This document shows positions 50,118 to 57,939 of a stretch of DNA of 64,000 bases, in pieces (position 1 is the first letter of the stretch; every line of letters begins with the position of its first letter). The translations under genes were made by a program, and so were the position numbers. The notes beneath the pieces are model-generated. The model was given only the letters and a program-made list of their open reading frames with translations, had not been told where the DNA came from and did no database searches. The stretch is from an uncultured Commensalibacter sp. (GTDB lineage: Bacteria; Pseudomonadota; Alphaproteobacteria; Acetobacterales; Acetobacteraceae): NCBI GenBank assembly GCA_946699565.1, contig CAMPDW010000005.1:20978-84977 (forward strand). The letters are read 5' to 3'.

Positions 50118-51188
50118 TTATTTATTTTTGTTCGTTTCAGAAAGATTTTTATGAGTATGATGAGGTGTTTTTATATTCGTGCGAGGATTAGCATTTTTGT
50201 TAACATCGATTTTTGTTAAAAATACATCACTGTCATTATCTTTTTGATTATCTATTTCCTGAAGTGTTTCATTATTAACAGAATCTTTATCAACATCCTC
50301 TTTACCTTTTTCTTTCAATTCCAAACAAAAAGCTTCAAGTGGAGAAATTGTTTCAGAAGATAAGATTGTATCATCACTGACTGGACCTAATTTTGTACCA
50401 TCAATGAATGTAGCTTTTAAACTCATATCAAATTTTTTTGCAGCTTCACTCGTTAAACGAACACGTAACCCACATAAAGGTAATGCCATACCACGACTAC
50501 CACAAAATTCATTACCCTTATACCAAGGAGAAAACCATCCCTTACCCAGTACAGCTTGATATTCTATATCATCAGGTTGAATACGATTATCCAAAGATAA
50601 ACCAAATCCCTCAATCCAAGTTTTACTATCAGGTATACCTACCCAATCACCAAATTCAACAGCAATATCACCCAAACGCTGAACATGAGCAACAACACGC
50701 ATTTTTCCTTCTTTAGCAATTTCTTCTTTTTGCTGTTCAGCAGCACTCATAGATTGTTCCTGAATTTTTTTATTTAATTCAGACATTTGTTCTTGAGAAT
50801 AACTTTTAAAGCTTTCTATATCAGGTGCATCGTTAAGACGAAGAACTTGTAATTGTGGAGATGGATGATTATTTTTTGGATTTTGATATACTGTTGCCAA
50901 GATTAAACCTGGCTGACCAGAAATACGGACTAAAATAGCATTTTTTTCAGCACCTAACCATCCATCATTCTCAAATGTCTTAATTTCAACCAATGCATCT
51001 TGTTTGAATGGAGGAACAGAAATACGTACGCCTGGAAAACCATATTCATCAGCTGGAATTTGATTGGTAACGTGATAAATACAATATAACCCTGTATTTA
51101 AACTCATTAAATAACCATTAACATTTAAATCAATAATTCGTTGATTATATTGGTTGTTATCCATTTGATTATTAGAATCAGACATCAA
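50118..51188 (-). CDS. Hypothetical protein (356 aa) with three ChW-like repeats and low-complexity termini
   Basis: No signal peptide. Repeats at aa 164-291: VVAHVQRLGD..GDWVG....WIEGFGLSL; IEYQAVLGKGWFSPWYKGNEFCGSRGMALPLCGLRVRL; LKATFIDGTKLGPVSDD...PLEAFCLEL. Confidence 0.6.
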   Translation of the reverse strand: MMSDSNNQMDNNQYNQRIIDLNVNGYLMSLNTGLYCIYHVTNQIPADEYGFPGVRISVPPFKQDALVEIKTFENDGWLGAEKNAILVRISGQPGLILATVYQNPKNNHPSPQLQVLRLNDAPDIESFKSYSQEQMSELNKKIQEQSMSAAEQQKEEIAKEGKMRVVAHVQRLGDIAVEFGDWVGIPDSKTWIEGFGLSLDNRIQPDDIEYQAVLGKGWFSPWYKGNEFCGSRGMALPLCGLRVRLTSEAAKKFDMSLKATFIDGTKLGPVSDDTILSSETISPLEAFCLELKEKGKEDVDKDSVNNETLQEIDNQKDNDSDVFLTKIDVNKNANPRTNIKTPHHTHKNLSETNKNK

Positions 51189-51329
51189 GCTATATCCTTT
51201 TTTAAAAACTATAATAATTTAGTAACATTTAAATGAATAGAATTCATAACATTAAAAAAACAATTTGATAATATTATTTTATAAAACAAAAATTAAAACT
51301 TTATTAAAAATAACATATTTAAATTACTT

Positions 51330-54300
51330 TTAACTTAAATTATGTTTACATTTATTTAATAAAAAATCATTTTGTTTAGTAATTGGCAAATTCAATGGAA
51401 TAACTTCTCCTCTTTTAGTTCGAACAATTCGTTCTGCAATTGCCCCAATATCGTAACTCACTGTTTTCAACCCTGCACGCCAAGCAATACTTAAAGAATA
51501 ACACCAAGTTTCTGGACATATAGATGGAAAAAAAGCTAAATGAGCATTCTGTTTTATAACTAAAGACAAAGCTTCTTCTTCTTTATACTCTCCTGTTACA
51601 AAAATACGACTAGAACGCATCAATAATTCATCATCAACGGATCGACCAATCAAAATAAATTCAAGAGGTAAATTACGTTTATCGGCATCTTGAAGAAGCG
51701 ATAAAATATTATTAAATCCTTTTTCAATACCAATTGCCCCAATAATACAAATACGAAAATGATTTTCTGATTGTTGAAAAGCATTTTTACAATAATTAAA
51801 TGAACGTGTCTTTTTTGAGAAATACGATAATTTTGTTAACGATAAATCTGGACGGTCATCCTCTAACTCTTTTAATTGAAGTTGTTTTAATCCAGGAAAA
51901 TGTCTTGATATCCGTTGTAACGAATCCTTAGAAGGAACATATATAGTACGAGCATTTTGCAACTGGTAACACGATTTTTTAATCCAATCTTCCATAACAA
52001 TTAAATTATCATGATCATCAAAATTAATCATAGAATTAACACAACTTTGACAAACTTGTAAATCACACGGATCACCACAATATTGTTTTGCCTCATTTAA
52101 TAAAACTGTTCTAGGGCAAAAAATTAAATAATCGTGAATATAAATATCATAAGGTTTATGTAATTTTATTAATAAATCAAAAAGGGATTCATGATGTTTT
52201 TTCAAATGATGGATTTCGTAAAAATGAATAGAAAATGTATTTAAAAATTCAATGAATATGTTTTCTTCGTTTGGGAAATAAAAAGTTAAATTTGGAAAAT
52301 TATATTCTATATCTTGATTCAAGGATTCTAAAGATTTGAACTGTATTTCAATTTTACAACCATCCCCAAATAAGGTCGGTCTCAATAAAATAGGAATAAT
52401 ATTTTTTAAACGTAAATTATTAACTCTTTCTTGTACGGCACGTTCGACCCCACCACCAAATTGATGGGTAATAATAAGTGAAAAATGATATTCAACATTT
52501 TTACGTTTGGCTTCATCAATTAAAATCCTTAATCGTTCCATATCAATTTTACGACGTATAGAAAAAAGCGAATTTTCTTGTATAAAATCTTGAATCATCT
52601 CATCATAACCAGGATATAATCGATTCAAAATTTTTGTATTTCTTTCTCCAAGAAGTTTACTTGAACGCTTAAAGGAAATACTACCTTTATGACCTACTAA
52701 ACAATCTGTTGCCAATACATGTTTCCATCCCAAATGTCTTGCTCGGATACAAAATTCATTCTCTTCTCCATATCCTTGAGCAAACAAATCCTCTCTAAAC
52801 AATCCTGCTTGTTTTAAACAATCATGTCTAATAAACATACAAAACCCGTGTGCAGTAGGAATTTCAGTAGTTTGATGTGCATTAACATACTGACAAATTT
52901 TTGAAAGTTTCAAAATTGTTTTAAGGGACGATATTTTATTTTCCTTATCATGGAAAGGATATGAAAAAATGCTTGCATTATTCGAAAAGGGTGTAACAGT
53001 ACCTATTGTTTTTTCGCTATAAGCTGCTTGATTTAAAGATTCAATCCATCCTTTCGTAACCAATGTATCACTATTGAGTAAAATAATATCATAATCAGGC
53101 CAAGCTTTTATTCCACTATTAACAGCACCTGGATAACCTTTGTTTTTATGATGATGAATACAAAAAACTTGTTTATCATCAACAAATTCATTTAAAGCTT
53201 CAATAAGCTCTACATCAGGAGAGCAATCATTAACCAATTGAACAATAATAGTTTTATTAATCGTTTTCATAACAGTTTTCAAAGTTTCTAAAGTTTCCTC
53301 TTTACCTTTGAAAATAGGAATAACAATAACAATGCCTAGGGAAGATTTAAAACCTATCTTAGGTTTTCCACCTCTATAATCTGCTTTTATAGGTAAAAAC
53401 TTTGGAAAATTATTAATCTTAATAGATTTTGCTTGTAAGGATTTATTTTGTATATCAACTAGACAATCCATACCTTCTTGTTCAATATGTGGTGATAAAG
53501 GACTACCTATTAGATTACATAAATATTCATCTTGAAATGAAAAAAATCCTGATGGAAAATCACTTTTCTTTATTGAAAAAGCTTTTGCCTGAAATAATGG
53601 AACTTCTAAATTCACTGCTTCAAGTGGATCTTTAACTAATATTTGATGAAATATATTGTTTTTTTGATCTCTAATTGTTAAATTTGCTATACGCTCTGGT
53701 TCAGATGGAAACCATAACCAGCCAATTACATTTTCATTTTTTACTTCGACAAATCCAACTGATTTATTAATTGTTTTTAATGAAATCGGACTTCCAATCA
53801 ATGGTTGATTATCTTTTTCTATTTTTAATTCATTAAAATTATTTAGGAAATCAGGAGAAAGAACAATCCTTTTTTGATTAGTTTGAATAAAAAGTTGGTT
53901 ATCTAGATAAATATTAACTGGATAACCCATAAAGGATTCAATCCAAATTTCATTTAAAGACCCTACAAAACAACAGCAACCTAATAAATGACCATTTTGT
54001 TTTAAAAGATTGATAGCTAAATGCCATATATTTTGTGTAGGACTATAATGAGCTAATAAATAATTTAAACTATAAAATAGTTGTTCATTTTTTTTTTGAG
54101 AGGAAAATATAACTGCCTGTGCTATCCACCCTTCATAAAAATCATAATTTTTCATTAGGGGCTGTAATAAATGATAAGCATCATTGATTTTCTTGGTCTT
54201 TAAATATAAAACAACCAAATCAAAAATAATATTGGGATTATTTCGCGTCAAACGATATGCTCTGTTCATCCACCGAAGAGCATTTTCAAAATTACCATTC

Positions 54301-54428
54301 TTTTTTTCAAGTTGAGCTAATTGATATGCATGTTGGGCATTTTGTCGAATTCTTTCTAACCCTTTAGCTTTTTCTTTTGCATAGTCTAATAATTTATTAC
54401 GATTATTTTCTAACACATTGTTTCTCAA
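51330..54428 (-). CDS. Soluble multidomain glycosyltransferase: N-terminal TPR, unknown middle region, GT2 (GT-A) domain, C-terminal GT-B/GT4-like region
   Basis: 1032 aa with no TM helices. TPR-like helices at aa 30-140. GT2 core at aa 365-600 (IVIVIPIFKGKEETLETL, VNDCSPD, ILLNSDT, GFCMFIR). C-terminal ITHQFGGGVERAV ... FFPSICPETWCYSLSIAWRAGL. Confidence 0.8.
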   Translation of the reverse strand: MRNNVLENNRNKLLDYAKEKAKGLERIRQNAQHAYQLAQLEKKNGNFENALRWMNRAYRLTRNNPNIIFDLVVLYLKTKKINDAYHLLQPLMKNYDFYEGWIAQAVIFSSQKKNEQLFYSLNYLLAHYSPTQNIWHLAINLLKQNGHLLGCCCFVGSLNEIWIESFMGYPVNIYLDNQLFIQTNQKRIVLSPDFLNNFNELKIEKDNQPLIGSPISLKTINKSVGFVEVKNENVIGWLWFPSEPERIANLTIRDQKNNIFHQILVKDPLEAVNLEVPLFQAKAFSIKKSDFPSGFFSFQDEYLCNLIGSPLSPHIEQEGMDCLVDIQNKSLQAKSIKINNFPKFLPIKADYRGGKPKIGFKSSLGIVIVIPIFKGKEETLETLKTVMKTINKTIIVQLVNDCSPDVELIEALNEFVDDKQVFCIHHHKNKGYPGAVNSGIKAWPDYDIILLNSDTLVTKGWIESLNQAAYSEKTIGTVTPFSNNASIFSYPFHDKENKISSLKTILKLSKICQYVNAHQTTEIPTAHGFCMFIRHDCLKQAGLFREDLFAQGYGEENEFCIRARHLGWKHVLATDCLVGHKGSISFKRSSKLLGERNTKILNRLYPGYDEMIQDFIQENSLFSIRRKIDMERLRILIDEAKRKNVEYHFSLIITHQFGGGVERAVQERVNNLRLKNIIPILLRPTLFGDGCKIEIQFKSLESLNQDIEYNFPNLTFYFPNEENIFIEFLNTFSIHFYEIHHLKKHHESLFDLLIKLHKPYDIYIHDYLIFCPRTVLLNEAKQYCGDPCDLQVCQSCVNSMINFDDHDNLIVMEDWIKKSCYQLQNARTIYVPSKDSLQRISRHFPGLKQLQLKELEDDRPDLSLTKLSYFSKKTRSFNYCKNAFQQSENHFRICIIGAIGIEKGFNNILSLLQDADKRNLPLEFILIGRSVDDELLMRSSRIFVTGEYKEEEALSLVIKQNAHLAFFPSICPETWCYSLSIAWRAGLKTVSYDIGAIAERIVRTKRGEVIPLNLPITKQNDFLLNKCKHNLS
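54088..54097 (-). repeat. A10 homopolymer (T10 on + strand) inside the multidomain glycosyltransferase ORF
   Basis: Minus-strand codons are caa aaa aaa aat (QKKN, aa 111-114). It is the longest coding homopolymer I noticed in the window. Confidence 0.9.
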
Positions 54429-54451
54429 TTAAGAAAAATTAATAAATTTCA

Positions 54452-56341
54452 TCATTTTTCTTCAAAAATAAATAAACCTGGAGCGACTTCTACCTGACCA
54501 CTCTTTTGATTTTCTTCTTTATTATTTACCTGATTTGCAATATTTTTTTTATCTTCTGCTTGAAGTAAACCATTCAAAGCATTTAATTCAATTTCTGCTT
54601 CTTTTTCGCCTGCTTTTTTTGCTTTTATAAACCAGTAACATGCTTTATCAACATCTTTTTCACCCGCAAGACCTTTTGATAAATAACGACCTAACATTAA
54701 TTGAGCTTTTGAATTACCTAATTCCGCTGATTTTTTAAACCATTTTTGAGCTTCAACTCTATTCTCTTGCACATGATTACCCCCACCATAAATTGCTCCT
54801 AATGAAAACATCCCAGAAGCACTTCCCTGTTGAGCAGCTTTATAGAAAAAAGCTATAGCTTCATCAGCACATATCTTTCCTATGTCTGTTGCCCCTTCCA
54901 ATAATAAACTAGCCCATAATAATTGTGCTTCTACATACCCTTGTTCAGCTGAAAATTTAATCCACTTACAACCTTCTTTAAGATTTTTTTCCTTAGCAAT
55001 TTCCTGTATAAGCAATCGTCCATACCAGTATTGAGCAACTTTGTCTTCCTGAGAACAAATTTTAAGCCATTTTTTTGCTTCACTTAATCTTTCAATATTT
55101 TTGTTTAAGTTATAACACTGTAATAAAGACAATGCTAATTTTAACATTATCTCTTTATTTCCTTTTTCTGCTTGAGGTCTTAAATAGTCCTGAACAACCT
55201 TTTCAAGAGAAATAAGCTCAGGATGAGTAACTGCCAAATCTGTTAATAAAATTAAGGCTGGAAGATAATTCTTTTCAGCTGCAAAAATAAAAAGCTGAAT
55301 AGCTCTATCCCTTGATTTTATAACACCCAAACCATTTAAAAAAAAATTACCTAAAGCAACAGCTGCACCAACGTGTCCTCCCTTTTCAACAGCAAAGTGA
55401 TACCATTTCGCTGCTTCTATATAATTTGGTGATTTATTTTCATCACCAAAAGCAAGCATATCACCTAAAACAGATGCAGCCTCGATATCCCCGCGAATAG
55501 AAGCGCGTCGCAACCAAGTTGCTGCTTCATCAAAATTTTTTTCAACCCCATTTCCTTTTCTTAAGGAAACGCCATATAAAGCCTGAGCTGATCGAACACC
55601 TAGCTCCGCAGCCTGTTTATATAATTTTGCAGCTTTCTCTCTGTTAATTTCAACCCCATTTCCCATTTCATACATCAAAGCCAAAGTATAGGCGGCTGTT
55701 CCTAAATTATTTTCTGCTGCAAATCCTAACAATCTTGCAACTTCTTTAAAATCATCTTGAGTTTTACTTGATTTAAGTAACAATAAACCTTTACCCATAT
55801 AACCTTGGGGACAACCTTGATCAATAGATTTATCATACCATTTTATTACTTCATCTATCTTACTTTTATCCTGTGATGTTTCAAGTAAGAGATGCGCATA
55901 TAAAGCTTCCCCTTCCGCTGATCCAGATTCAGCAGCTTGCTTTGCCCAATAACACGCTTTTTTATTATCAATTTTCAAATCTTGAGCATCTGTTATAGGC
56001 TTTGAACTAAATAAATCATGACCCGTTACATTCTGAACTTCTGGAAGTCCACGCATATATAACAAAGCAAGTATATATTGTGCATCAATATAATTTGCTT
56101 GAGCTGCGCTTTCCATCCACATAGCACCTTCAGATAGGCTTAAAGCAACCCCATGACCATTTAAATAACACAACCCAAGATAATATTGCGCTTCAGGAGA
56201 TTTTAATGCTGCCCCTTGAGAAAAATAATTATAGGCTTCATTATATTCCTTTCCATCATAAAATTTCTTGCCTGTAATTAAAAGCTTTTGCAGCTTTTTT
56301 TCCTTAAATTTATTAAAAGGGTTAAATAAGCTAGACATCAA
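54452..56341 (-). CDS. Sel1-like repeat (SLR) protein, no signal peptide
   Basis: 629 aa. About 13-15 SLR units (e.g. AQYYLGLCYLNGHGV, AAYTLALMYEMGNGV, AQALYGVSLRKGNGV, GMFSLGAIYGGGNHV, AQLMLGRYLSKGLAG). N-terminus MMSSLFNPFNKFKEKK is hydrophilic. Confidence 0.88.
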   Translation of the reverse strand: MMSSLFNPFNKFKEKKLQKLLITGKKFYDGKEYNEAYNYFSQGAALKSPEAQYYLGLCYLNGHGVALSLSEGAMWMESAAQANYIDAQYILALLYMRGLPEVQNVTGHDLFSSKPITDAQDLKIDNKKACYWAKQAAESGSAEGEALYAHLLLETSQDKSKIDEVIKWYDKSIDQGCPQGYMGKGLLLLKSSKTQDDFKEVARLLGFAAENNLGTAAYTLALMYEMGNGVEINREKAAKLYKQAAELGVRSAQALYGVSLRKGNGVEKNFDEAATWLRRASIRGDIEAASVLGDMLAFGDENKSPNYIEAAKWYHFAVEKGGHVGAAVALGNFFLNGLGVIKSRDRAIQLFIFAAEKNYLPALILLTDLAVTHPELISLEKVVQDYLRPQAEKGNKEIMLKLALSLLQCYNLNKNIERLSEAKKWLKICSQEDKVAQYWYGRLLIQEIAKEKNLKEGCKWIKFSAEQGYVEAQLLWASLLLEGATDIGKICADEAIAFFYKAAQQGSASGMFSLGAIYGGGNHVQENRVEAQKWFKKSAELGNSKAQLMLGRYLSKGLAGEKDVDKACYWFIKAKKAGEKEAEIELNALNGLLQAEDKKNIANQVNNKEENQKSGQVEVAPGLFIFEEK

Positions 56342-56374
56342 ATTATTCCTTAACGCATTAATCTTAACTCATAA

Positions 56375-57937
56375 CTATTGAGGATCGCGCATGCCTTCCG
56401 TTAACTGAGGAACAACACCATTCATCAAATATTGAGCAGCTGTACGTTTACCAACATGAATATCTGCTACCACTGTTAACCCAGGTGTAGGATGGAAAAA
56501 ATTAGGAACACTATGTAATGTATATTTATTAATTTTCATCCGAACACGATAAAAAGGTTTTTCCCTGAATTGTAGAGGTGCAGAACCACGACGATTGGCT
56601 GCATCTTGAGCAGTATCTCCAGGTTGAAAAACATCAGCACTAACATTGGTTATAACCGCTTCGGCACCACCGTATTGCGTATAAGGAAATGTATCAAATT
56701 TGATAATTGCCTTATCACCCAACTTCATATAACCAACTTCCTGATCTTCAACTGCTGCCTCAACCTCTAAACCTGTTCCAACTGGGATAAGGGTCATAAA
56801 TGGAACACCTGAATTGATAATAGAACCGACCGAGCCTTTTGCAATCGTTAAAACAATAGCATCCTGTTCAGCACGCATTAAGACTTTTTTTCGCCTAAGT
56901 TGAGCTTTCGTATATTCTCCTAAATTTTTTGAATGTTCTTTATCTTTTTCTTCTAAATCTTTGTAAACCTGAGCTTTCCAACTTTCTACATATGCTTTTT
57001 TATCGGCTTCTAAAGAAGCTATTTTCTTTTGCGTTGAATTTGCCGACTGTTGAGAAGAAATTAATTTATCCTCAATTTCCATTAATGAATCTTGAGAGGT
57101 TAATGTTGATAAACGACTACCTACTTGTTGCTCTTGTAATTTTTTTCTCATCGTATGAATATCAGTAGCAACTTGTAACCTCCCCTTTAACACAGCGGCC
57201 GTAGCCATAAAATTTTTCAACTGAAAATTCTGTTCATTAATTTTTTGATTAAACCCATCTATTTTTGCATCATACTCTAATTTACGTTTTAAAAAATTTT
57301 CTCCCTGTCTCACAGAATAAGGATTGGATAGATCAACTGTATAATTTTTATTATTGGATTCAGCACGCAGTCGATTAAGCTCAGCCTCTGAACTATCAAG
57401 TTGTAATTTTAAATTTTCAATATCAGCTTGCTGAACTGTTGGATCCAAATGTGCTAATATCTGACCCTTCGAAACAAAATCACCTTCTTTCACGTCAATA
57501 GATTTAATAATACTTGCTTCATAAGGTTGAATTAATAAAGGAGGATCAATTGAAACCAATCTTCCTTGAGCAGAAACAACTTTATCTAAAGGAAACACAC
57601 ATAACGCAATAATTGAAAAAACTGCCAATGCCCCAATAACCCATGTGATATATTGAGCAGATGCAGTAGGAGGCATATTAATAACCGCTGCTGTTGGTGA
57701 TGTAAACTCCAATAAAGCAATCGGCATATCCGCTTGAGATTCCTCTTCATTATCTGCTGAAGGCAAATATCCATCCGGAACACTAGCAAGTTCATTTAAC
57801 TCAGGAGCTTTATTCTCTTTAAGATCTTTCTTGGGAACCTCTACAACTTTTTGAGAAGTTGAATCTTTCTTATCTACTTCAGAACCTGTTGAATTAATCT
57901 TTTTAGATAATTTATTTTGCTCATTATCATCTATCAT
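56375..57937 (-). CDS. Type I secretion membrane fusion protein, HlyD family
   Basis: 520 aa. Cytoplasmic N-terminus of about 95 aa, single TM helix (WVIGALAVFSIIALCVFPL), long coiled-coil, lipoyl/beta-barrel segments (GDFVSKGQILAHLD, GLTVVADIHVGKRT). Confidence 0.9.
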   Translation of the reverse strand: MIDDNEQNKLSKKINSTGSEVDKKDSTSQKVVEVPKKDLKENKAPELNELASVPDGYLPSADNEEESQADMPIALLEFTSPTAAVINMPPTASAQYITWVIGALAVFSIIALCVFPLDKVVSAQGRLVSIDPPLLIQPYEASIIKSIDVKEGDFVSKGQILAHLDPTVQQADIENLKLQLDSSEAELNRLRAESNNKNYTVDLSNPYSVRQGENFLKRKLEYDAKIDGFNQKINEQNFQLKNFMATAAVLKGRLQVATDIHTMRKKLQEQQVGSRLSTLTSQDSLMEIEDKLISSQQSANSTQKKIASLEADKKAYVESWKAQVYKDLEEKDKEHSKNLGEYTKAQLRRKKVLMRAEQDAIVLTIAKGSVGSIINSGVPFMTLIPVGTGLEVEAAVEDQEVGYMKLGDKAIIKFDTFPYTQYGGAEAVITNVSADVFQPGDTAQDAANRRGSAPLQFREKPFYRVRMKINKYTLHSVPNFFHPTPGLTVVADIHVGKRTAAQYLMNGVVPQLTEGMRDPQ

Positions 57938-57939
57938 AA

